Below are positions 1 to 8,375 of a stretch of 32,000 nucleotides of DNA, piece after piece. Both the position numbers and the translations under genes were made by a program. The DNA comes from Wigglesworthia glossinidia endosymbiont of Glossina morsitans morsitans (Yale colony). Its GTDB lineage: Bacteria; Pseudomonadota; Gammaproteobacteria; Enterobacterales; Enterobacteriaceae. Each line of letters starts with the position of its first letter. The stretch's first letter is position 1. Where the stretch lies: contig NC_016893.1 of the NCBI RefSeq assembly GCF_000247565.1, positions 210,001 to 242,000 of the forward strand. Reading direction: 5' to 3'. The notes beneath the pieces are model-generated. The model ran no database searches and had not been told where the DNA came from. It saw only the letters and a list, made by a program, of their open reading frames with translations.

Positions 1-569
1 GTTAATTTTTTTCCCAAAACTTCTTGACTTAAATATTCTCTAGATACTACTTGACCTAAATTTTGTGCTAATAAGAATAATAACGAAAATTCTGTACCTG
101 TTAAATCTAAATTAATATTTCCAAAGCACGCTTCTTGTCTTCCTGGATTGAGATTTAATAAATCAACAAATACAGATGATTGTTTACCGATAGTTTTTTG
201 AGCAAACCAATATGAACGTCTTAAAATTGCCCTAATACGTGCTATTAGCTCGCGATCGTTAAATGGTTTTGTTAAATAGTCATCTGCTCCCAGTTCTAAT
301 CCTAGAATACGATCTAATTCGCTGCCACGTGCAGTTAACATAATAATAGGTATATGATGCTTTTTTTGGCGAATTTCTTTTAAAGTATCTATTCCATTTT
401 TCTTTGGCATCATGATATCTAAAAGTAACAAATCGATTGCATTATTCAATTTAGAAAGTGCTTGTTCTCCATCATATGCTACCTGTATTTCAAATCCTTC
501 TAATTCTAATAGTTCTTTTAATAAATCAATCAATTCATGATCGTCATCTACCAAAAGTAGTTTATTCAT
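1..569 (-). CDS. cpxR: Response regulator CpxR (OmpR/PhoB family); about 189 N-terminal codons, 3' end runs off the left edge of the window
   Basis: Absent from the ORF track because it is open-ended. My translation of the minus strand from ATG (569..567) reads [121 protein letters not shown]... This is colinear with E. coli CpxR as I recall it (MNKILLVDDDRELTSLLKELLEMEGF...[19 protein letters not shown]...[43 protein letters not shown]). The phospho-acceptor Asp and the conserved T and K are intact. Confidence 0.85.
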   Translation of the reverse strand, partial: [189 protein letters not shown]

Positions 570-813
570 ATACATTTTCCCTATTATACATAATTAACGC
601 ATTATAATATTTTATTTTCTTTAATATTGAAAATTTATATCAAATTAATAATTTTTTATAATTTACATAAATTAATTAAATATATAAAATATAGAACGTA
701 TAAAAGTATGAGAATTTACAGGTTTAAAAAAAAATAAAATAAATATTAAATATAATAAAAAATATATTATATATAATAATATATTTTATTCAAAATTTTA
801 ATTAAGTAAAAAA

Positions 814-1386
814 TTATTTATTAATTACTATTTCTGATTGATACAGATACTTAGAATGTTTTTTTTTATTATAAGGTCGAATAGCAGAACCTGTCAGTAA
901 TTCAAAACTTACTGCTCCAATTAACATATTGGGACGTAGTCCTATTGGTAGCTTACCAGAATTGTAAAACTCTAATACAATTTGACCTGACCACCCAGGA
1001 TCAATTCTATGAGAAGTAGCATGTACCATTAATCCTAAGCGAGCTAATGAAGATTTTCCATCCAACCATCCAACTAAATTATCCGGCAAAGTAATATGTT
1101 CCACAGTTAACGCTAATACTAGTTCTTTTGGATGTAAAAAAAATATTTCTCCTTCATTAATTTCAATTTGATGAGTAATTTTTTGTTGCAACATATCGTG
1201 ATTATTTTTTGATGAAATAAGTTCAACATCAATATAATCTATTTTATATCCCGTAAAAATTTGAAATTTATTTGATAATTTTAAATCTACCGTAGCTCCA
1301 TTAATTCTATTTTTTGAAGGTCTTGGAATTATAACTAACTGATTTTTATTTAACCATTTTTCTATATCATGATCGCATAATCGCAT
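814..1386 (-). CDS. dcd: dCTP deaminase
   Basis: 190-aa ORF with ATG start. [67 protein letters not shown] match E. coli Dcd (193 aa) end to end. Confidence 0.95.
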   Translation of the reverse strand: MRLCDHDIEKWLNKNQLVIIPRPSKNRINGATVDLKLSNKFQIFTGYKIDYIDVELISSKNNHDMLQQKITHQIEINEGEIFFLHPKELVLALTVEHITLPDNLVGWLDGKSSLARLGLMVHATSHRIDPGWSGQIVLEFYNSGKLPIGLRPNMLIGAVSFELLTGSAIRPYNKKKHSKYLYQSEIVINK

Positions 1387-1611
1387 AATTATCCTTAATC
1401 TTTATAATCAAAAAAAACAAATTTTAAACATATAATTTTATATATAAACATTAAACAATAATATTTTTAATATATTTTCAACTTAGATATTAACATGTCT
1501 TTATATAAAATATATACTGTATTAATAAATGTTATAAAATTTAAGCATATTAAATAAAAAATACACATCGTTTATTATTATAGTAAATAATTTTTAAATA
1601 ATTTTAATATT

Positions 1612-3270
1612 ATGAATACGAATAAAAAAATTTTGATCACTTGTGCTTTACCGTATGCTAACGGAGAATTACATATCGGACATATTTTAGAACATGTACA
1701 AGCTGATATTTGCGTAAGATATCATCGTATGAAAGGTCATGAAGTCTATTTCATTTCCGCTGATGACAGTCATGGTACTCCGATTATGTTGAAAGCTCAA
1801 AAAAATGGAATAGTTCCAGAAAAAATGATTTTAAAAATGTATAATAAACATAAAAAAGATCTACTAAAATTTAATATTTGTTATGATAAATATTATTTAA
1901 CACATAGTAAAGAAAATTATCGACTATGCATCCTAATATATAAAATTTTAAAAAAGAAAAAATTAATTATTGAGAAAGAAATTTTTCAATTGTATGACAT
2001 TAAGAAAAATATGTTTTTATCTGATCGGTTTGTTCAAGGTACATGTCCAAAATGTTTTTCTAAACAACAATTTGGCGATAATTGTAACATATGTGGCGCA
2101 ACATATTCTTCTATCGAATTAATTCAACCAAAATCAATTTTATCTAATTCTATTCCAGTCATAAAAAAATCAAAACATTTATTTTTTGATTTACCATATT
2201 TCGAAAAATTTTTAAAAATCTGGATTCATTCCGGTGTAATAACTTATGAAATCATAAATAAAATAAAAGAATGGTTTAAATCAGGATTACAACCTTGGAA
2301 CATCTCAAGAGATTCTCCATATTTTGGATTTAAAATACCGTACATTTTAGAAAAATATTTTTATGTATGGTTTGACGCACCTATTGCTTATCTAAGTACA
2401 TTACGAAAATTATGCAAAGAAAAAAACAAAAAAATTTTGTTCCAAGAATTTTGGACAATGAATTCCAAAAATTTAATTTATCAATTTATTGGAAAAGATA
2501 TTATTTATTTTCATAGTTTATTTTGGCCATCAATTTTACATGGAATTAATTTTCGTAAACCTACAAAACTATTTGTTCATGGACATGTAACTTTCGATGG
2601 TAAAAAAATGTCTAAATCTAGTGGAAAATTAATCGGTGCGACAGTTTATTTAAAATATTTTGATTCAGATTATTTAAGGTATTACTATGCTTCGAAAATA
2701 TCTACATGTATAACAGATATAGATTTTAATCTTACTGAATTTATGCATAAAATAAATTCAAACATTATTAATAAAATAATTAATCTAGCTTCTAGAAGCG
2801 CTAGTTTTATTAATAAATATTTTCATAATTGTTTATCTGAAAATGTTGAAAATTTTTCATTGTATACTAAATTTACTAATGCAAAAACTATTATAAGTAA
2901 ACATTTTCAAGAACAAAACATATATCTCGTGATTAATGAAATTGTTAAGTTATCTAATTTAGCCAATCAATATTTAAATAACAAAGCGCCTTGGAAACTT
3001 GCAAAAAATATAAAACAAAATAATCATTATATACACGAAATATCTTCTATGGGTATTAATATGTTTTATATTATCATGGTTTATTTAAAACCTATTTTGC
3101 CAAATTTAGCACGTAAATCAGAAATATTTCTTAACAAAGATCTTAATTGGAACGATATTAAAACTCCTTTAAAATTACATCATATTAATAAATTTCAACC
3201 TTTATTATTTCGAATCACTGAAAAACAAATTGCTTCAATGCTAAAAGAATCTAACAATAAAAATATATAA
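1612..3270 (+). CDS. metG: Methionyl-tRNA synthetase, catalytic and anticodon-binding core only (552 aa; lacks the C-terminal tRNA-binding/dimerisation domain)
   Basis: KILITCALPYANGELHIGH (HIGH motif), zinc knuckle CPKC...CNICG, KMSKS motif and ANQYLNNKAPW are all colinear with E. coli MetG. The ORF ends at ...FQPLLFRITEKQIASMLKESNNKNI*, which corresponds to roughly E. coli residue 550. Confidence 0.95.
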   Translation: MNTNKKILITCALPYANGELHIGHILEHVQADICVRYHRMKGHEVYFISADDSHGTPIMLKAQKNGIVPEKMILKMYNKHKKDLLKFNICYDKYYLTHSKENYRLCILIYKILKKKKLIIEKEIFQLYDIKKNMFLSDRFVQGTCPKCFSKQQFGDNCNICGATYSSIELIQPKSILSNSIPVIKKSKHLFFDLPYFEKFLKIWIHSGVITYEIINKIKEWFKSGLQPWNISRDSPYFGFKIPYILEKYFYVWFDAPIAYLSTLRKLCKEKNKKILFQEFWTMNSKNLIYQFIGKDIIYFHSLFWPSILHGINFRKPTKLFVHGHVTFDGKKMSKSSGKLIGATVYLKYFDSDYLRYYYASKISTCITDIDFNLTEFMHKINSNIINKIINLASRSASFINKYFHNCLSENVENFSLYTKFTNAKTIISKHFQEQNIYLVINEIVKLSNLANQYLNNKAPWKLAKNIKQNNHYIHEISSMGINMFYIIMVYLKPILPNLARKSEIFLNKDLNWNDIKTPLKLHHINKFQPLLFRITEKQIASMLKESNNKNI

Positions 3271-3957
3271 TGTTATTTTATTAATTTAATAAAAAATAAA
3301 TTAAAAAATATATGTTTTTATTTTTATTAAATATTAATAATTTAAAATTTAATTTTTTAAATATTGAATGTACTAATTCAAATTGAATATAAACATTATT
3401 CAAAAATATGTTAATAATTTATAAAAAATTTTTTAGTTAAATTAATCTTTAAAAAAAGTATACAATATATTTTTTTACATCTTAATTTCGAAGACTGTTG
3501 TGTTTTTAATAAAATTATACTGTATTTGAACTAGATGAATATTTTATTTAAATTTAAATTAATATTATAAAAAATTTATTTTTTTATATATAATTTTAAT
3601 ATTTTTGTATCAGATTATTTTAATTTATTTAATTTTTTTATTTTTATAAAAGAATTTATTTTAAATATTAATTTTTTATAGAATTTATTTTTTCAAATAA
3701 AAATTTTTTTAATAGTTGAATATTTTTTAAACATATTAGAAAAAAAATTTAACACATATATTCTCTAATTTAATAACAAATTTATTTCGATAATTGTCAA
3801 TTTTTTAGTATTTTAAATTTATTTTATTAATTAAAAAAATGTTATGCACGAATTTTATGTGCAAAAAAAATAAATAAAATTTTAATTTTTTCATTTTAAC
3901 TTATATTAATTGCATTTAAAATAATAAAAAATTCATTTTTTTGAATTGATAATTATT

Positions 3958-4890
3958 TTAACGCTTATTTAAAAAAATTAATTTTTTTAATAAAAGATAC
4001 ATATCTTCTGGTAAATTTGATTTAAATTGCATAGAAATACGCTTTGTAGGATGCATAAATTTAAGTTTTCTTGCGTGCAATGCTTGCCTACTAATTTTTA
4101 ATAGTGGATTATAACAATAAACTTTATTTTTTATGTATTTTATATCACCAACAACAGGGTGCTCTATATGTGCCATATGCACTCGAATCTGATGTGTTCT
4201 ACCAGTTTCTAAATATACTTTAAGATAAGTATATTGTGAAAAACTTTTAATGATTTGGTAGTGAGTAGTAGCCGGTTTTCCTTTGATATCTACTTTCATA
4301 AGAGTTTTAAATTTTTTATCACGCATAATCGGAGCGCTAATTGTGCCATGAAAAATAATTTTTCCATGCACAATAGCCCTGTATTCTCGAATTATTTTTT
4401 TATTTTTTAATTCTTTATAAAAATAATTTTGCGCTTGATATGTTTTTGCAATTATCATTAAACCAGTAGTATTTTTATCTAGTCTATGCACAATACCAGA
4501 TCGATTTAAATTTTTTGTATCAGGGTAATAATGTAGTATTATATCAAGCAATGTATTATTATTGTTTTTACATCCAGGATGCACGACTAATCCAGAAGGT
4601 TTATTGATTAATATGAAATGATAATCTTCATATAAAATGTTTAATTTATTTTTTTTCAATTGTGTAACATTTTTTTTTTTGTTTATTTGAATTTTTATTA
4701 TTTCACCACCTTTTAATTTCTTTTTTGGATTAACGATATATGAATTATCAACTTTAACTTTACGAGCAATAATTAATTTTTTTATTTTTGTTCTAGAATA
4801 TTGAGGAAATAAAATTGCCGATATACTGTCTAATCTTTTTCCAAATTGATTCATTTGAACTTTAGCAATTAATAATTTAGTATAATACAT
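3958..4890 (-). CDS. rluD: 23S rRNA pseudouridine synthase D (RluA family)
   Basis: 310-aa ORF with ATG start. N-terminal S4-like region (NQFGKRLDSISAILFPQYSRTKIKK vs E. coli NQLGQRLDQALAEMFPDYSRSRIKE), catalytic GIVHRLDKNTTGLMIIAK and ETGRTHQIRVHMAHIEHPVVGD. Divergent from bamD as in E. coli. Confidence 0.9.
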   Translation of the reverse strand: MYYTKLLIAKVQMNQFGKRLDSISAILFPQYSRTKIKKLIIARKVKVDNSYIVNPKKKLKGGEIIKIQINKKKNVTQLKKNKLNILYEDYHFILINKPSGLVVHPGCKNNNNTLLDIILHYYPDTKNLNRSGIVHRLDKNTTGLMIIAKTYQAQNYFYKELKNKKIIREYRAIVHGKIIFHGTISAPIMRDKKFKTLMKVDIKGKPATTHYQIIKSFSQYTYLKVYLETGRTHQIRVHMAHIEHPVVGDIKYIKNKVYCYNPLLKISRQALHARKLKFMHPTKRISMQFKSNLPEDMYLLLKKLIFLNKR

Positions 4891-4972
4891 GTAAATTTTA
4901 TATTTCTTATTTAAAAAAAATTTAAATAAATATACTATAAAAATTATAAATTTTTAATTCGAGAAATTTATT

Positions 4973-5644
4973 TTGAATAAAAAATGGATATTTATAATCC
5001 TAATTAATCTAATTTCAATTAAATATGCATTTTGTAATATATATTTTGATCAAGATATTCATGCACATCATGCATACGATATGAATCATAATAAATTATA
5101 TAATAGTAGAAAAAAAAAATTTGAAACTTATTTATATTTTTTGAAAAAAAATCAGAATTTCATTTATATGAAAAAAGCAGAAAAAGATATTACTAGATTA
5201 TATTTTAAATATAAAAATTATAATTTAGAAAACTTAGATTTATTTGATTTGATTATTGATCAATTTATTAAATACCATCAAGATGTTATATATACAAGTT
5301 TTCTAATCTATATCCAAGGATTGGTGTATATGCAATATGATAAAAATTTTTCAAAATATTTTTTTTATATAAAAAAAATTGATTCTAATCCTAAATACGC
5401 ATATTTAGCATTAAATTGTTTTAAAAAACTTGTTAAAGATTATCCTAAAAGCATTTTTATACAAGATGCGAAAAAATTTGTTGTTATTCTTAATGAAAGA
5501 ATAGCCAAATATAATTTAGAAATAATACGTTTTTATATTAAAAAAAAATCTTTTTCTGCATCAAATAGTCGTATAATAGAAATTATACAAAAATTTCCAA
5601 ATACTAAGTCTGCATATTATGCGAAAAATTATTTAATGCAGTAA
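4973..5644 (+). CDS. bamD: Outer-membrane protein assembly factor BamD (YfiO)
   Basis: 223-aa ORF with a TTG start. The next ATG is about 36 codons downstream and would delete the signal peptide. N-terminal hydrophobic signal sequence with a Cys (IKYAFC). The C-terminal half, ...FKKLVKDYPKSIFIQDAKKFVVILNERIAKYNLEIIRFYIKK..., parallels E. coli [42 protein letters not shown]. Conserved divergent arrangement with rluD. Confidence 0.8.
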   Translation: MNKKWIFIILINLISIKYAFCNIYFDQDIHAHHAYDMNHNKLYNSRKKKFETYLYFLKKNQNFIYMKKAEKDITRLYFKYKNYNLENLDLFDLIIDQFIKYHQDVIYTSFLIYIQGLVYMQYDKNFSKYFFYIKKIDSNPKYAYLALNCFKKLVKDYPKSIFIQDAKKFVVILNERIAKYNLEIIRFYIKKKSFSASNSRIIEIIQKFPNTKSAYYAKNYLMQ

Positions 5645-5721
5645 AATTATAAATAAAAGAAACAACAATCAATTTAATAAATTAATAATTATTATCAGTT
5701 TAAATTTTAATCAATTAATCA

Positions 5722-6066
5722 ATGATAAACAGTAATAAAATTATTAAAAATGCCACATTATTTATTGCTCATATAAAAAATAAAAAAATTGAATATATAT
5801 TTTTATTTATTTTTTTCTATTTACAAAGTTCTCTGTGGTATGGAAAAAACAATATTATGCATTTAATAGAAGTGCGAAAAGAAATCAAAATACAATCTGA
5901 GAAAAATTTGCAAAAAAAAATGAGGAATCAAAAATTAATTATTGAGATTAACTACTTAAAAAATAAAAATGATGCTATTGAAGAAAGAGCAAGAAATGAA
6001 TTAAATATGATCAAATCTAACGAAGTTTATTACCGTATAATAGAAGTTAAGAACATACAAAAATAA
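5722..6066 (+). CDS. ftsB: Cell division protein FtsB
   Basis: [19 protein letters not shown] and [22 protein letters not shown] match E. coli FtsB ([36 protein letters not shown]). Position upstream of ispD-ispF as in E. coli. ATG 5722 is the only canonical start and gives an N-terminal extension of about 19 aa relative to E. coli, so the true start is uncertain. Confidence 0.8.
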   Translation: [114 protein letters not shown]

Positions 6067-6074
6067 ACTATATT

Positions 6075-6776
6075 ATGTATAAAAAAAAAAATTATCCTAA
6101 TATGATAGCGATTTGTCCTGCAGCAGGTATAGGAAGAAGAATGCAATATAAATACCCTAAGCAGTATATAAAAATACAAAATAAAACATTATTAGAGCAT
6201 TCTATAAATCTATTAGTTAAACAAATATGCATTAAAAAAATAATTATAGCCATTCATAAAACAGATCGATGGTATAAATCATTACCAATATTAAAAAATA
6301 ATAAAATAAATATTGTTTTTGGAGGAGAATCTCGAGCAGAATCAGTTCGATGCGCTTTAAAATATGTTAAAAAAGTGCATTGGGTTTTAATTCACGATGC
6401 CGTACGTCCTTGTTTACATCAAAATGATCTTAACCAATTGTTTAAAAACTTATATAATTCTTCTACTGGAACTATTTTAGTTACTCCTATAAATGATACT
6501 ATTAAAAAATCTTATGGTAATTATATTACACATACTGTTCAAAGAAAAAATCTATGGCGTGCTTTAACTCCTCAAATTTTTAATAAAAAAATTTTAGTAA
6601 ACTGCTTAAATTTCATCTACCATCAAGGTAAACACATTACGGATGAAGCAAGTGCGCTCGAAGAATGCGGTTATTTATTAAATTTTATACCAGGTAGATC
6701 AGATAATATTAAAGTTACTTATCCTGAAGACTTAAATTTTGTAAAATTTTTTATTAATTATATAGGGAGATTTTAA
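6075..6776 (+). CDS. ispD: 2-C-methyl-D-erythritol 4-phosphate cytidylyltransferase (MEP pathway)
   Basis: AICPAAGIGRRMQYKYPKQYIKIQNKTLLEHS, WVLIHDAVRPCLHQNDL, ITDEASALEECGY and GRSDNIKVTYPEDL are colinear with E. coli IspD. Confidence 0.92.
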   Translation: MYKKKNYPNMIAICPAAGIGRRMQYKYPKQYIKIQNKTLLEHSINLLVKQICIKKIIIAIHKTDRWYKSLPILKNNKINIVFGGESRAESVRCALKYVKKVHWVLIHDAVRPCLHQNDLNQLFKNLYNSSTGTILVTPINDTIKKSYGNYITHTVQRKNLWRALTPQIFNKKILVNCLNFIYHQGKHITDEASALEECGYLLNFIPGRSDNIKVTYPEDLNFVKFFINYIGRF

Positions 6777-6778
6777 AA

Positions 6779-7258
6779 ATGCGCATTGGTCATGGATTTG
6801 ACGTACATAAATTTGGCATACATTCTAAACCATTTATTTTAGGAGGTATTCATATTCCTTATTTTCAAGGAGTACTTGCACATTCCGATGGCGATGTAAT
6901 TATACATTCAATAATTGATTCATTATTAGGAGCTTGCGCATTAGGAGATATTGGAATGTTGTTTCCTAATAATGATCCTAAATATCAAAATATAAATAGT
7001 TGTATTTTATTACAAATTATTTGGAACCAAATAAAAAAAAAATATAAAATAGGAAATATCGACATCACTCTCTTTTTAGAGAAACCAAAAGTTTCTTTAT
7101 ATATTCCAAAAATATGTTTTCATATTTCTCAATGTTTAGAATGTAAATATAATTGTATTAATGTAAAATCTACTACCATGGAAGGTCTTGGATTTGTTGG
7201 GAAATACAAAGGAGTTGCTTCGGAAGCTATAAGTATAATTTTCAAAGTTAAAAAATAA
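6779..7258 (+). CDS. ispF: 2-C-methyl-D-erythritol 2,4-cyclodiphosphate synthase (MEP pathway)
   Basis: MRIGHGFDVHKFG...GVLAHSDGDVIIHS...LGDIG..FP is the IspF signature. GGGAGA Shine-Dalgarno at 6765..6770, 8 nt before the ATG, lies inside the ispD 3' end. Confidence 0.95.
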   Translation: MRIGHGFDVHKFGIHSKPFILGGIHIPYFQGVLAHSDGDVIIHSIIDSLLGACALGDIGMLFPNNDPKYQNINSCILLQIIWNQIKKKYKIGNIDITLFLEKPKVSLYIPKICFHISQCLECKYNCINVKSTTMEGLGFVGKYKGVASEAISIIFKVKK

Positions 7259-7300
7259 TTTAAAATAAATAATAAAATTTTTAAATGTAAACATTTTCGC

Positions 7301-7359
7301 ACGGAAGAAAAATATATAATTTCTACTCTAACAAATATTAGAAGATAATTTTCTTCCGT
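7301..7359. terminator. Long imperfect hairpin between convergent ispF and yccA; possible bidirectional terminator
   Basis: ACGGAAGAAAA (7301..7311) is the exact inverted repeat of TTTTCTTCCGT (7349..7359), an 11-bp stem. An inner TTCTA/TAGAA sub-stem is present. It is the only G/C-containing structure in the 165-nt convergent spacer. No U-tract follows directly on either strand, so the terminator function is inferred. Confidence 0.3.
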
Positions 7360-7423
7360 CGTTCAAAAAAAATTTTAAAAAATTCGATCTAAACAAAAAT
7401 AAATGCATAATTTTTGTTTTTAA

Positions 7424-8077
7424 TTATTTTTTTATCCCTCCAAATATACCTAAAAAACTTGAAAAAATATTATATATTGATACGTACAAACTTACTGTAG
7501 CTCGAATATAATTTTTTTCACCACCAAAAATAATATTGTTTATTTCCCATATAATGGCTACTGAAGAAAAAATTATAAACATAATACTGATTGTCATTGA
7601 TAATGCCGACATATTTAATATCATATTACTTATTGTGCAAATTAATAATGCGATACTTCCAGAAATTAATACACTAGATAAAAATGACAAATTTCGATTA
7701 GTTTTTAAACTGTATATAGAGCAGCAAAAAAATACCATTGCAGTCCCGGATAAGGCCAGTATAATACTACTGCTATTTACAGCAAGCATAATACTTATAA
7801 GTGGCGCAATTGCATATCCCATAAATCCAGTTAAAGCAAATGTTGCTAAAATGCCCGATTTTTTATCAGACAAATAGTTAACTAAGAACAATAAGGTATA
7901 AAATCCAATTAATGTAGGAATAGCTCCTAAAAATGGTAGTTGACATAAACTACTGACAGTAGCAACTGTAGCAGAAAAAGCTACAGTGATTGATAAAAGC
8001 AAATATGTATTACGTAAAACTTTATATGTAGATAACCTAGAACTGCTGTGCGAAAAAATTTCAATCGATCGGTTCAT
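7424..8077 (-). CDS. yccA: BAX-inhibitor-1 family inner-membrane protein YccA (FtsH modulator)
   Basis: STYKVLRNTYLLLSITVAFSA, GTAMVFFCCSIYSLKT and GGEKNYIRATVSLYVSIYNIFSSFL match E. coli YccA. The ORF track begins at TTG 8089. I prefer ATG 8077 (MNRS...), which restores E. coli numbering (STxK at 16-19) and has GGA 7 nt upstream. Adjacent to tRNA-Ser as in E. coli (serT-yccA). Confidence 0.9.
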   Translation of the reverse strand: MNRSIEIFSHSSSRLSTYKVLRNTYLLLSITVAFSATVATVSSLCQLPFLGAIPTLIGFYTLLFLVNYLSDKKSGILATFALTGFMGYAIAPLISIMLAVNSSSIILALSGTAMVFFCCSIYSLKTNRNLSFLSSVLISGSIALLICTISNMILNMSALSMTISIMFIIFSSVAIIWEINNIIFGGEKNYIRATVSLYVSIYNIFSSFLGIFGGIKK

Positions 8078-8185
8078 AATATTTTCCAAATTTTAATTTA
8101 ACAAATTATAAAAAAATATTTAATTTAAAACATCTTAAATGTACTATATTATAAAATTTAATTTTTTTAAATGATAACATGAGTC

Positions 8186-8215
8186 TTTACAATTTTTTTT
8201 AATTGTGCTTATATT
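8186..8215 (+). promoter_or_regulatory. Candidate sigma-70 promoter for tRNA-Ser
   Basis: TTTACA (8186..8191), an 18-nt spacer, then TATATT (8210..8215), ending 19 nt before the tRNA 5' end. Each hexamer is 5/6 to consensus. -10-like hexamers are common by chance in DNA this AT-rich. Confidence 0.3.
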
Positions 8216-8233
8216 ATTCAAATATAATTTTTT

Positions 8234-8320
8234 GGAGGAATGGCCGAGCGGCTGAAGGCGCTGGTCTTGAAAACCAGAAAAGGATTACACCTTTCGTGAG
8301 TTCGAATCTCACTTCCTCCG
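8234..8320 (+). tRNA. serT: tRNA-Ser (anticodon UGA), long variable arm, no encoded CCA
   Basis: GGAGGAATGGCCGAGCGGCTGAAGGCGCTGGTCTTGAAAACCAG...GAGTTCGAATCTCACTTCCTCCG. Acceptor GGAGGAA/TTCCTCC, anticodon loop CTTGAAA. Near-identical to E. coli serT in the D and T arms. Confidence 0.95.
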
Positions 8321-8375
8321 ATAAATAATACATGATAATTAAAGAATATAAATTAAGTTTTATTATTAATTGATT

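Noticed and set aside
655-725. GTAAA pentamers upstream of cpxR as a possible autoregulatory CpxR box
   Set aside because: On the cpxR strand there are two isolated GTAAA copies about 50 bp apart. That is not the tandem GTAAA-N5-GTAAA arrangement, and single copies are expected by chance at this composition.
3845-3870. Small hairpin TGCAC-N9-GTGCA followed by A8
   Set aside because: The stem is only 5 bp. The homopolymer is on the wrong side to act as a U-tract terminator for either convergent gene: A-run after the stem on the plus strand, T-run before the stem on the minus strand.
7536-7877. 113-aa plus-strand ORF from the track
   Set aside because: It lies entirely antisense within the well-supported yccA gene. 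Its I/N/K/F-rich low-complexity translation has no recognisable motif, which is typical of shadow ORFs in AT-rich DNA.
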